Counted from the first letter of the whole stretch, positions 24,571 to 38,020 are shown. The stretch is DNA of 63,941 bases, filler included, from Octopus bimaculoides (GCF_001194135.2; 5 parts of 5 records of this genome joined end to end with filler, not necessarily neighbours in it); one strand, 5' to 3'. Made by a program: numbers and translations. Notes: generated from the sequence alone by a model not told the origin.

Positions 24571-24672
24571 ATTCTATCACCACCAAGAATATATTTTATT
24601 TCGCAACAGTTTATTCTTTCGCCACATGGAATTACTGTTCAAATCGCGCCACTGAATTGCATAACCGCCAAA
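24571..24672 (+). CDS. Weak candidate internal exon (DSITTKNIFYFATVYSFATWNYCSNRATELHNRQ)
   Basis: Acceptor TTTGCTGTAG|, donor AAA|GTAATT, phase 1 compatible with the exon at 23996. Confidence 0.22.
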
Positions 24673-25359
24673 GTAATTTAACTCTTGATGGCGCAGTACT
24701 CTTAATTATGAATAGATACCATGAAATAGTTGAGTTTAACTACTATAAACATTTAAAGTATCATATAATTTGTTAATAGCATGAGAATATTTCTCAGGGA
24801 TGCATTCTGCAAGAATAACATATAGATGAGTCGGCACTAACATATTCAATATAGAACTCTCATTGTTTTTTTTTGTTTTTAATTTTATTACACACAAAAT
24901 GAAAATAAAATTCGTTAGTATTAATGTTAATTCTCGTCATAAGCAAGGTAAAACAACCCTGAAGTTAAAGTTGATTATTTCTTCGACAGTTCTATGTATC
25001 ACATTTGATAAACGAAGCATATTTCTCTGGCAAACTATAAACAAACCAGCATTAGTTGTCTTGTGGTGGAAAACAAACATAAAAACAGGTGCGTGCGCAG
25101 ACACGCTCGCACACGCACGCACATACACACTCACGCGCGCGCACACACTCCATGTGGATTTCCGTAGAGCTTTTGTCTCAAATTTAACCAAGGAATTGTT
25201 TTGCATAGAGCTAAAGTAGAAGACACTTCGAGGTATCGAAACCACGTGCCTGCGAAACGAACTTCTTAACCACACAAACAACCATGCATTTATATATGCA
25301 TATGTATCCCTATGTATGCATGTATATATGTATGTATGTATATATATGTATGTATGTGT

Positions 25360-25485
25360 GGAGGCGCAATGGCCCAGTGGTTAGAGCAGCGGACTCGCAG
25401 TCATAGGATCGCGGTTTCGATTCCCAGACCGGGCGTTGTGAGTGTTTATTGAGCGAAAACACCTAAAAACTCCACGAGGCTCCGG
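25360..25485 (+). mobile_element. tRNA-derived SINE head (another family)
   Basis: A box TGGCCCAGTGG and B box GGTTTCGATTCC; no complete cloverleaf; embedded in (TATG)n. Confidence 0.8.
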
Positions 25486-26409
25486 ATGTATGTATGTATG
25501 CATGCATACATGCATTCGTACACGTAGGCATGTATGTGTGTGTATGTATATATGTGTGTATGTATGTATGATAAATAAATAAATAAATATATATATATAT
25601 ATATATATANNNNNNNNNNNNNNNNNNNNNNNNNNNNNNNNNNNNNNNNNNNNNNNNNNNNNNNNNNNNNNNNNNNNNNNNNNNNNNNNNNNNNNNNNNN
25701 NNNNNNNNNNNNNNNNNNNNNNNNNNNNNNNNNNNNNNNNNNNNNNNNNNNNNNNNNNNNNNNNNNNNNNNNNNNNNNNNNNNNNNNNNNNNNNNNNNNN
25801 NNNNNNNNNNNNNNNNNNNNNNNNNNNNNNNNNNNNNNNNNNNNNNNNNNNNNNNNNNNNNNNNNNNNNNNNNNNNNNNNNNNNNNNNNNNNNNNNNNNN
25901 NNNNNNNNNNNNNNNNNNNNNNNNNNNNNNNNNNNNNNNNNNNNNNNNNNNNNNNNNNNNNNNNNNNNNNNNNNNNNNNNNNNNNNNNNNNNNNNNNNNN
26001 NNNNNNNNNNNNNNNNNNNNNNNNNNNNNNNNNNNNNNNNNNNNNNNNNNNNNNNNNNNNNNNNNNNNNNNNNNNNNNNNNNNNNNNNNNNNNNNNNNNN
26101 NNNNNNNNNNNNNNNNNNNNNNNNNNNNNNNNNNNNNNNNNNNNNNNNNNNNNNNNNNNNNNNNNNNNNNNNNNNNNNNNNNNNNNNNNNNNNNNNNNNN
26201 NNNNNNNNNNNNNNNNNNNNNNNNNNNNNNNNNNNNNNNNNNNNNNNNNNNNNNNNNNNNNNNNNNNNNNNNNNNNNNNNNNNNNNNNNNNNNNNNNNNN
26301 NNNNNNNNNNTATATATATATATATATATATATATATCAATATACACACATATACATAGATACAACTCCCGAGACCCTGAAGCTTGTCTGATTCATCAGT
26401 CGTGTTCGA

Positions 26410-26795
26410 TGTATTCAGTTGCTTATGAAGCCTAAGTTACAGCAGTACTCCAAAATAACATGATCGAATAGAAAAACTACATTGGTTTATGTGAAACCAA
26501 TTTTAAACGCCTTTATGCAAACCACCTGTCTTCTCTTCGACACTGATAAAGACAAAGCCTTTAAGTTGGCAAGACATGTATGGGATCTGAAAACCAACTG
26601 CATACCATATACAATCAAGTGGAGAATCGTGGAGAAATCTACGCTATAATGTAAATGAATCAAAGATATGCAAGTTATCCGTTGCCGAAAGATCGTACAT
26701 TGTTTTAGATCGAAGAATTCCATCACACTACTTAATTCCAGACTCGAAATTTTTAGAAAATGCAAGCACATGGACAAATTTCTTTTGTGGAACTA
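26410..26795 (+). mobile_element. Penelope-like GIY-YIG endonuclease C-terminal remnant
   Basis: YIGLCETNFKRLYANHLSS..LARHVWDLK..IPYTIKWRIVEK..CKL..E..LLNSRLEIFRKCKH. Confidence 0.85.
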
Positions 26796-27373
26796 GAGAA
26801 CATGACCCTCTCTAGATTAATTCTCACTGACGTTGGCTTCATCTTTGTTATATTATTCCACACCAGCTAGATTAATTACAATTTGTGCAGATAAAGGGGA
26901 CGAAGATCATGCTTTTTAAACTCTTTTTTTCTTTCTTCGCGTTCAGCATCAAACTTCTTCGCATTTTTTCACTTTTTTTCTTATGTTTTCTCATAGACCA
27001 GCATCCTGGATTTCATATAAATTTAACAGTGTGCACTGAGTCTGAAAGATTGCTTGGAGACACATGGTTTGCTATACAAATGTGCCAAATCATTGTATCT
27101 CAACATCATGAAACTATTACTAACTCTTTCTTAAATTCTGTATATTAAATTATACATGTACACACACACGCACGCGCGCACACACAACTATAAAGGGAAA
27201 GAGAGAGAGAGAGAGGGAGATAGAAAGAAGAATATAAAGTGGGGAAAAAACAAGAGACTAGAGAGATTGAAAGATTAAGAAAAATGTGTTGATACCAAGA
27301 ACAGAAAAACTGAGTAAGGAAAACACACACACACATACACACACATACATACACACACGCACACACAAATACG

Positions 27374-27473
<100 letters not shown>

Positions 27474-28801
27474 TTATGTGTTATCGTGTATAAAGCAGTG
27501 TATTAGAAGTGTGTGTATGAAAGCATGTGTCTGTATTTGCCCATGAATGCTATATGTGAGTGTATGCTTGACTGTGTTGGTTTAGTATCGACTAATATGA
27601 CGACGTAATCAAATTAATTGTGTAAGTTGCGTGTGTGTGCATTTAACATAACATGTTGTTGCCATCGTCATCTTATCGTCGATTGACAGTAAACTTATGA
27701 TACACGCCAAAAGTTTACACAAACTAAGAATTATTCGTTTACAGCATGAACTTTTGTTGGTAAGACAAGTTTCAAATCTTTTTTCGTGGGATCTATGATA
27801 TTATTTATCAACTTTCTTCCCATAACGGTGAACCAGGATCACAATTTATAGAATCATGAACAACTCACGTAAAGTCATTGATAGTTACGAGGCAAAATGT
27901 AAACATTTACTATCCGAGTTAATGAAAGAAAAACCAAAAAATAAAAATAAAAGAAAAATAAAAGAAAGAGCGCAATAAAGATGATACGAAGAAACTTTGC
28001 AACTAATGATAATAAAAGACGCCTATTTATTCCTGAACGAACATACACACTCACAGATACGCATGCATACACATACATGCACAAAGTGTCACATACATAC
28101 ATGACCATGTGCACTTACACGCATCTGCATATGCGTCTGAATATATGCATAATATCACACACGCACACACACACACACACATATGTATATACATATGTAT
28201 ATATATATATATATATGTATATGAGTATATATATATATATANNNNNNNNNNNNNNNNNNNNNNNNNNNNNNNNNNNNNNNNNNNNNNNNNNNNNNNNNNN
28301 NNNNNNNNNNNNNNNNNNNNNNNNNNNNNNNNNNNNNNNNNNNNNNNNNNNNNNNNNNNNNNNNNNNNNNNNNNNNNNNNNNNNNNNNNNNNNNNNNNNN
28401 NNNNNNNNNNNNNNNNNNNNNNNNNNNNNNNNNNNNNNNNNNNNNNNNNNNNNNNNNNNNNNNNNNNNNNNNNNNNNNNNNNNNNNNNNNNNNNNNNNNN
28501 NNNNNNNNNNNNNNNNNNNNNNNNNNNNNNNNNNNNNNNNNNNNNNNNNNNNNNNNNNNNNNNNNNNNNNNNNNNNNNNNNNNNNNNNNNNNNNNNNNNN
28601 NNNNNNNNNNNNNNNTATATATACGCACACGCATGTATGTTATATATATATATATATGTATATATGTGCATGTATATCTCTATATATGTATATATCTATA
28701 TATATATGCATATGCGTGTCTGTGTGTGCATGTGTGCGTATTTATAGTTATCCATACTCATATTGTGTATGGTTGAGCAAAAACATCTATCTATCTATCT
28801 G

Positions 28802-28869
<68 letters not shown>

Positions 28870-29719
28870 GCTATCTATTTATCTATATACGTATATAAAT
28901 GCAGAAGCCACGCAGATGTGTGTAAACACTTTAAACGAACATCCTTTTTTTATATATATGTACGTACATATATATAAATATAGATACTAATAATTACTAA
29001 TATACACACACACATAAATAAATAAATAAATAAATAAATATATATATATATATATATATTTGTATATATAATATATATGTATATATATATTTGTATACAT
29101 GTAATATATATGTATATATATATTTATTTGTTTGTATGTATCTGTATCAAAACAGGAGATTGGGAAGTTTTTGGTATTATTCATTCACCATTACACATGT
29201 TTTATTTGCTAATAGGAATTACAAGATTGTACATGTAGTGTAAGCATGAAAGAAATTTCTTATTAGAAACTCTTCAGACCGAAAAAAAAAAAAAATGTAA
29301 AATTTACATTTGGATGAAGCGTGTATATATAGTCAGCAATCAGGGGTCCTGTAGATCAGAAGTCCTGTAGTTCCTCTAACAATTATTGCAAGATGACTGG
29401 TACTATTTTGACTGCAATTTTTATGTCAGAGTATCTTTCTCCTTGATGAGCAGCCTTCCCCACAGCTTTGTCAAATATAACGGAACCGTCTTCTAGCGCT
29501 GGGAGATCTATATAACCTGCGGATTGGATCTTGACAGATACAACCGTTCCAGGTCAGCATAGACCCGGGATGTATGGTATTAAGGTGTGACCCCACGCTC
29601 CCCACAACCCCAGAATCCCCAAACTGGAGCTCTACCACCGGATGCATATATCCTGTCATACCCAGGACACATACGTACGTACATAATACATACATACATA
29701 CATACATGCATACATGTAA

Positions 29720-30125
29720 CACAGTGCCTAAATACCAATCTTGAGAAATTAGGCTTCTCAAAACTAGAAAGGAGAAAGCTAATTCGAAGACTACAGATCT
29801 AATCCATCACTGGAACTTTAAAAATCTGCAAAACTTTCCAGAAGTTTATCATTTAAATATATATGAGAATGTCTAGATATGTGACTACATGAATGAGAAT
29901 ATATACAGCAAAAATACAAATTTGCATTTACATACATACATACATGCATGTATACATACCTACATAATACATACATACATACACACAAAAATACATACAT
30001 ACATACATACATACATGCATACATACATACAAACAAAAATACCCTGTTGTTGATGTTGAAATCCCAATGAAGGGGTCTTAGATCTAGGTTAGAAACCGGC
30101 TCTTTCTCTATTGGCAAAAAATCTT
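29720..30125 (+). mobile_element. Extreme 3' fragment of an R4/Dong-type LINE flanked by (CATA)n
   Basis: CLNTNLEKLGFSKLERRKLIRRLQI.SITGTLKICKTF, matching the 3' end of the copy near 44900. Confidence 0.7.
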
Positions 30126-30527
30126 NNNNNNNNNNNNNNNNNNNNNNNNNNNNNNNNNNNNNNNNNNNNNNNNNNNNNNNNNNNNNNNNNNNNNNNNNNN
30201 NNNNNNNNNNNNNNNNNNNNNNNNNNNNNNNNNNNNNNNNNNNNNNNNNNNNNNNNNNNNNNNNNNNNNNNNNNNNNNNNNNNNNNNNNNNNNNNNNNNN
30301 NNNNNNNNNNNNNNNNNNNNNNNNNNNNNNNNNNNNNNNNNNNNNNNNNNNNNNNNNNNNNNNNNNNNNNNNNNNNNNNNNNNNNNNNNNNNNNNNNNNN
30401 NNNNNNNNNNNNNNNNNNNNNNNNNNNNNNNNNNNNNNNNNNNNNNNNNNNNNNNNNNNNNNNNNNNNNNNNNNNNNNNNNNNNNNNNNNNNNNNNNNNN
30501 NNNNNNNNNNNNNNNNNNNNNNNNNNN

Positions 30528-30580
<53 letters not shown>

Positions 30581-30770
30581 AATCATTATATGCTCGCGCA
30601 TTAATCATTATATACTCGCATATTTAATCGTTATATACTCACGCACACACTCACATATTACAAATATATTAACCAAAGAATTGCTGGGAATCAATAGCTT
30701 CATTCCTCCACTTCACTCTGTATTTCATATCTTCTCTACAATAACTATTACTTACACATTTTTTCGTACC

Positions 30771-30818
30771 GTTTCCGATGAAGGGATATATAAAATATCC
30801 CGGAAACAGCTGTAAGAC
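30771..30818 (+). ncRNA. Minimal type I hammerhead-like ribozyme (U4C core variant)
   Basis: GTTT-CCGATGA-A-GGGATAT/ATAAA/ATATCCC-G-GAAA-CAGCTG-TA-AGAC; all three stems form. Confidence 0.7.
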
Positions 30819-31037
30819 CTCTTTATAAATGTTCTGAAAAATGTTCACAGCCTTGGACTTTTTTAATCTCATTCTGTTAATTTTTATATAGATGCATGCT
30901 AATACACGACCTCCTCATTCGTATCATTATCGAGCCTGGAGCTTAACTATAGTTTGTCCATAGCACTTACTCAGCATTACCCGACACCTTTGGGTCTTCT
31001 GGACACCAAAACCTCTCATACCCTGTACATATATATA

Positions 31038-31075
<38 letters not shown>

Positions 31076-31125
31076 CATTCGCATAATCACCGAACCTGGA
31101 GCTTAACTATGGTCTATCCATAGCA

Positions 31126-31186
<61 letters not shown>

Positions 31187-31401
31187 CTCTTCGAAACGCT
31201 TAGTTTTAGAATGGTGGCAGCTGATGAAGGAACTGGTCTCTATGTGGCCTGTGTGTTTTCTGTACTCCGTTTATGTTCTGTTTTTCATTTTGTCCACGTT
31301 TGTTTGTGACGCCTTGTACCCAGATATGCATCTATATATACATGTAGATGTAGGTATGTACATACATGTACGTATATATGCATATACTCACATATTATTT
31401 G

Positions 31402-31433
<32 letters not shown>

Positions 31434-31544
31434 NNNNNNNNNNNNNNNNNNNNNNNNNNNNNNNNNNNNNNNNNNNNTTAATTAATTAANNNNNNNNNNN
31501 NNNNNNNNNNNNNNNNNNNNNNNNNNNNNNNNNTTTTGTACAAG

Positions 31545-31790
31545 CTTGGTGCTTATTCTATTGGTTTCTTTTGTCGAACTGCTATGTCACGGGGACGTAA
31601 TCACACCAGCACCAGTTGTCAAGCGGTGGTAGGAGGAAGAACACTGACACAATGACACATACACACACACACAGACATATATATACACATACATATGTAC
31701 GACGGGATTCTTCCAGTTTCCATCTACCAAATTCACTCACAAGACTTTGGTCGGCCTGAGGTTATAGTAGAAGACACTTGCCCAAGGTGC
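31545..31790 (-). mobile_element. SINE family B
   Basis: Reverse complement of the family B head and middle. Confidence 0.85.
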
Positions 31791-31793
31791 TAC

Positions 31794-31840
<47 letters not shown>

Positions 31841-32524
31841 ATAAATATGTCTGACTGTGTGTCTGTCTGTCTATCGATTCAAAGGAGTGGACAAGATCAA
31901 AAAGAACCTATGTCCGGCCACTTAGATTACAAACATATAGACAGGTTATTTTCTATTTTAGTAACTTATTGAAACGAAAGTAACGCAAAAAACAAAACAA
32001 TGATGTGCACGTACAAACACACACAGACAGAGAGGGAGGGAGAGAGAGAAAAAGAGAGAGAGAGAGGTGGGAAATTATGGCAGAGTTTTACATATAATAT
32101 GGTTGCTGACATTTCATGTAACTCAGATAATGTAGTTTGAATACAAAACTAAAAGAAAAAATCTCCCGCTTTAATTTTTTAAATCTAATAAAAAGAAAAA
32201 ACCGGAGTAGGAGATAGATAGATAGATAGATGGATAGGGAGAGAGAGAGGGAGAGTGGGGAGAGCACACAAATCTGACATCAACTTCCGGCAAGAAAATA
32301 TAAACACATCAGTAATTATTGATTGTTATGATTAAAAAAGTGAAAGAATTCCTCTTCATTATCATTAATCTGCTGTGTCATCACCAGCCTCTTCCGACTC
32401 TTTCTCCTTATTTGTTCATCATTATTTTCTTTCCACACCTAGTGCGATGTAAACATTCACCCATTGTAATCTGTTTTTGTATCGTCCTCCTCATTCCTGG
32501 TAGCAAAGGAAAAAAAAGGAATCA

Positions 32525-32880
32525 TTGTAGCTCGTCGGACAAAATACTCAGCGTCATTTCTTCCGGCTCTTTACGTTCTGACTTCAAATTCCGCCGAAGT
32601 CGACTGAGTCACTCATTCCTCCGGGGATGTATAAAAATAAAATGAAGTACCAGTCAAGTACTGGGGTTTGTCCTTTCCCCGTAAAACTGTTGGCATTGAG
32701 ACTATATCAGGAACCATTGGCGGTGAGCTGACAGAATCGTTCCTTACCTTCTGAGTTCAAAGGCCCCCGAGGAAGACTTTGCCATTCATTCTTTCGGGGT
32801 CAAGTATTGGGGGTTGATGTAATCGACTAGCCTCCTCCTGTAAAAATTACTGGCCTTGTCTCAAAATTTGAAAACATTAT
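32525..32880 (+). mobile_element. Two degenerate SINE family A copies
   Basis: TTCTGACTTCAAATTCCGCCGA.GTCGACT and GGCGGTGAGCTGACAGAATCG..TGAGTTCAAA. Confidence 0.75.
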
Positions 32881-33479
32881 TATTATTTTATTTGACACTC
32901 GAAGCATAAGCTCATGAGTTTTATTGTTTTCTTCTCTCCACTACGAATCTCGCGTATATAATCCAAGCTTTACCACGTGAAAATGTTTTGAAGTATTTGG
33001 TTAAAAAGGTTTTATTAACCCGAAGACCGTCTGTCCCTGACACCCGGAATAGACAAACAACGATTTTTTACAGACTATATTTGCTTACAATTTTTGACTA
33101 CCGAGCAGCAATCAAAACTAATGTGAATGTGCACAAAAACAGACAATGCAAAATCAAATTACACGATAGAACGAAATAAAAACAATGATGAAACTGGATA
33201 TTTAATAAATAATATAATATCTAATATATTTTAAGGAATAATTTTAACGGTAGCGGTAACAACTATCACAATAACGACAATCCTACATAGCCATTAGCAG
33301 ACGAAGTATGCAGCATGTAGTAGTAATCGCAAAGGTATTCAAGAGGTTAGCTTTGCCTCAAACACTATTTTTAGAGACTTAACAAAATTCCCAGAAAAAG
33401 GAATTCGGAGAAATTTGTTAATCGACACAGTGTCTCCTTGTTTCGGGTTCTAATGCAAGAGAAGGCTATCGTATATATA

Positions 33480-33518
<39 letters not shown>

Positions 33519-34049
33519 AACGTACATTAAACTACACCACAACGCTTCATTTCGATTGAGAAAGAATTTGTCCCAAAATTACTGGCGGTACCTCTTCTAA
33601 CTACTGTTTAGTCGATAATTAGATACATCTGCCACCCTTTTTAAGGTGCACACACACACACACAGGCGTACACCAACTAATGTTTCGAGTTAGTCTTTTT
33701 CGATTTTACCTCGTTTTTTTTTTTAAAGAAATTAATAAAAACATCTTAACTTCACTCGAATTATTCAACTTTATGTTCGGTCTCAGCGAACCTATTTAAA
33801 GACCTAAAAATTAAGAAAATTGAAACAAATACACCCAAAAAGTAAATACTGATGTGGAAAATCAAATAAAATACCTGTGAAAATACGTACAAACCATTTA
33901 TTATAACAATTAAGCGTTTATAATGTTTTTAAAATGTTTTTTTTTTCGTGTTACGTCGTTTTTCGAGTTAAGTTGCATGTCTTGGAACCAGTTACCGACG
34001 TAAGCTGCAATGTACCTGTGTTTGTGTGTGTGATGAAGATTGCCAAAAC

Positions 34050-34490
34050 ACAAGCTGGAATAATTAAATAAACCTCCGCCAATACACTCATGTTCCCGGT
34101 ATACAGAGATGAGAAATATAAGGGTGACTTATGAGAGACATTGAAAAACGACGTGGATTCATGGCTGGTCGCCAATTTTGTATCGTAGTATGGGGCAGGA
34201 GATTAAAGCCGAGATGACAGGAGACGACGTATGGTCAGGGGGCGACGTATGGATATGCAAGCTCTAATGGTCATCTAAGGCCACAGGGCCTCACCAGAGT
34301 TGTATACCTAGTTGAAGGTGCCAAGACAAAAAAAGCATAGGACTGATGGTACAGGGCATAATGCAGTATTGCTACAGATGTGACAACCACTTGAGGCTTA
34401 AAGAACTGGAAAGACTAGGAAAGAAAACGAGAAAGGGAAGCAGCAGAAACTACCTGAAGCAGAAACAAGAAAAGCAAACCTGTTTTCAGA
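34050..34490 (+). mobile_element. Possible LINE ORF1 remnant
   Basis: VDSWLVANF.. and a decayed Cys/His knuckle-like stretch; weak resemblance only. Confidence 0.25.
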
Positions 34491-37369
34491 GTATGGATAT
34501 TCCGGGGAAGTAAACAGGACCGAGGTACAGTTGGGGTTACAATATAGGAGGCGCATGAAGAACAGGTTGTTGATTAAAGAAAGAAAAAAAAATGATTTAC
34601 AAAAAACTACAACAATATTATCCGGGAGAGAGAGAGAGAGAGAGAAATAAGTTACATACATACAAACGCGTGCACTCACAAGATATGCGATTTTCTCTAT
34701 TAGATATTAGCTTGATCTTCGAAGGTAAGTGAATAGTAATTGTAAATAACCAAAACGTGTTCGGAGGTTCAACCTCTTCCAGAAAGGGATGACGCCCCTT
34801 CTCAAAATAATGAAGGGGATGAATTGAGATTCAGTCTTTCAAAGATCAATTTAATATCTAATCATATATCTGTGGTGCTATGGATATTCCGGGGATGTAA
34901 AAAGGACTGAGGTACAGTTGGGGGTTACAATATAGGAGACACGCGAAGAATCTGGTAGTTGATTAAAGAAAGAAAGAAAGAAAAAAAATGACTTTACAAC
35001 AAACTACAACAGTATTATCTGGAAGACAACGAATAATATCTAACCGAGCCAATTCAGAAAATATTAGCTGCGCCTTTGGGTGCACTACACGGCGGTATCA
35101 ACAATGGCAGACGGGTAGGGATGCAAAGTACTCTAACGCGACCAAAACATCAGTCATTTCCTCTCTGCTTCGTGTCTGAAAGCCCAAAATGTTTGTATGC
35201 TATATCTCCTTTTAATTCTATCGCGTTTTAATTAATGTGATTTTACATTTGTTTCAGTGCAATTAATTATTTAGCAAATTTTTTTTAATTCCACCCCGCC
35301 CTCCTTTAAATTGTATAACATCTTTCATCTCTCCTTTCATTTGTACATAACTATCTTAGTCTTCTTACTCCTCACATCTTTTGTCAGTTCCCTCTTTGAC
35401 GATGATCATATTTTCATATCTCTTTGAGCCCTTGAGACTAATAAATACATCATCATCATGGTTATTATTATCGACTTATCTCTCCCCCAAATTCCTGGCC
35501 TTGTGCCTATAGTAGAAAGTATTATTATTACACGCAAAACCCTCACAACACACACACACATTCTTTGTTTTGTCTTGTACTGTCCATAATGTCTTTTTTT
35601 ATGTAAACGCTTGTGGTTAATAAAGAAATCATTATTATTATTATACTAGTGCTATTTCTACTTCTAGTACTACTATCTAGTATATTCGTTTTGACAGTTA
35701 TTAACGGTTATAATAACATTGCTAACTTACTTCAGGTTTCGCTTCGTCTGGTTTACTCGCCATATCTGCCGGGGATCGAGAAGAGGCTTAGAAGGTTAAA
35801 AAAAAACGTCTCTCTTCGACTTCTATGATGGTCCGACTGAAATAAACGAGGCAGTAGAGCAGACACACACATACGCACTCACCCTCCTTCAGTTTGTGTG
35901 ATAGAAGCATCAGTCGTCACCACCTCCCTCGCAATCTCACTAACTGCATCAACCAATAACATTTACAAATGTAACCAACAACAGCTCCATAACCACCACT
36001 ATCACCATGAGAGTGAGTGCGTTTCTGCCACCTTCACCGCCACCAAACTAGTTAAGAGGGCATCACCACCACCATCACTACAACCAAAAATGTCTTATTT
36101 ACATTGAATACTACTACAACGACTACGAGCTAACGAGGGAGCCGATAGGTGGTCGCTCCAGGCGGTCGCTTGACCTGTATGAAATAGCAGCCAAGATAAC
36201 TCGCAGATCACACACTATCGTCTTAAATGGAAAAAAATAAATAAATAAATAAATAAAGGCATTTTTGAAAATGTGGGATTCGGTTCCTTGTGAGTAAAGG
36301 AAAATTCGAGATCATCTCTATAGGAATGTTTTTGATCATAGCTCTCTCTCTGCGCTGTTAGGATTGACTTGGGAGTTAAATAGTAACAAACTATTACGAT
36401 CGCCAGTAACATCTTCGATTACAACAATCGCAAACACTCAAAAATCCTCGTTTCACTGTCACTACATGCATCACCTACGCATGTACACCGCCGTCGCCGC
36501 CGCCACCACAAAAACCACCACCGGCATTCACTGCTACCACTACAACTGCCAAAACTACTACCACCGATATAACTACCGCCACCATTGCCGTCAACACTAT
36601 CCCTCCTCCTTTACCATTGTCACTACCACTACAGATGAACTCGTCCCGTTCCACCATCACCACCACTACCCCCCCCCCGTTACTGCTGCCGTTACGTTAT
36701 TGATGTTACCGTGAAATTTAACCAAACCCACGAACTGGTAGAATCATTTGAGCTTAGTGACATTTCTTCCAGCTCTTTCGTCCTTACGGCAGTTGATGAA
36801 ATAAGAACCAGTTAAGCACTGGGATCGATGGAATCGACAAATCCCCTAACCCTTGTCCCCTAAANNNNNNNNNNNNNNNNNNNNNNNNNNNNNNNNNNNN
36901 NNNNNNNNNNNNNNNNNNNNNNNNNNNNNNNNNNNNNNNNNNNNNNNNNNNNNNNNNNNNNNNNNNNNNNNNNNNNNNNNNNNNNNNNNNNNNNNNNNNN
37001 NNNNNNNNNNNNNNNNNNNNNNNNNNNNNNNNNNNNNNNNNNNNNNNNNNNNNNNNNNNNNNNNNNNNNNNNNNNNNNNNNNNNNNNNNNNNNNNNNNNN
37101 NNNNNNNNNNNNNNNNNNNNNNNNNNNNNNNNNNNNNNNNNNNNNNNNNNNNNNNNNNNNNNNNNNNNNNNNNNNNNNNNNNNNNNNNNNNNNNNNNNNN
37201 NNNNNNNNNNNNNNNNNNNNNNNNNNNNNNNNNNNNNNNNNNNNNNNNNNNNNNNNNNNNNNNNNNNNNNNNNNNNNNNNNNNNNNNNNNNNNNNNNNNN
37301 NNNNNNNNNNNNNNNNNNNNNNNNNNNNNNNNNNNNNNNNNNNNNNNNNNNNNNNNNNNNNNNNNTAGG

Positions 37370-37655
37370 AATTTCATTTCGACCAGCGTGCTACCGATTC
37401 TGCCAGCTCGCCGCCCTATAATCACTTATAATAATAATATTAATAATCCTTTTTACTATAAGTGCAAGACCTGACATTTTAGTGGAGGTGGCTAGTCGAC
37501 TACATCGACCTCAGTGCTTGACTGGTACTTACTTCGTCGACCCCGAAAGGATAAAAGACAAAGTCGACCTTGGCCGAATTTGAACCACAGATCGTAAAGA
37601 CGGACGAAATACCGTTATTTCGCTCGGCGTGCTAACGATTCTGCCAGCTCGTTGC
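37370..37655 (-). mobile_element. SINE family A copies (partial 37370-37420; full 37445-37655)
   Basis: Reverse complement of the family A consensus. Confidence 0.85.
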
Positions 37656-37777
37656 CCATGTACTTATATTAAATGGAATAGTTGTATACAGTGCTCAGGT
37701 GTACACTGAGACCTGCTAAAAGCGGTAGTCAAATCGTCCTCAAATCATCATCTTATACGAGGAAGAATACATTAGAT

Positions 37778-38020
37778 CAGTAGTTCTCGACTATTTTTTG
37801 CTTAAAGACCCTTTTGATTCCTATTTTACACTACTGGACCTATATAACCATTCGATGTGTATATAAGAAAACAACTTTCTACTGTACTTTTATAATTAAA
37901 CATTATTAGGAATTGTATAAATTTTAAAAAAATATTCTGTATATTGTGGAAGTATAAGCAATTTATTGCACATAAAGTTTAAGAACAAACTCTTATATGG
38001 ACCCCGGTTGAGAACCACTA
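37778..38020. mobile_element. hAT-type MITE; truncated inverted second copy at about 38705-38860
   Basis: TIRs CAGTAGTTCTCGAC / GTTGAGAACCACTA; 8-bp flanks CATTAGAT / CTTTAGAA (6 of 8 match). Confidence 0.8.

Noticed and set aside
25370-25440. tRNA-like sequence with A and B boxes
   Set aside because: No full cloverleaf; continues into a SINE body
31215-31245. CTGATGA followed by GGAACTGGTC
   Set aside because: No stem II or stem I can form; at most a collapsed relic
32460-32520. Strong minus-strand acceptor with a 37-nt NEEDDTKTDYNG mini-exon
   Set aside because: No partner exons on the minus strand could be supported
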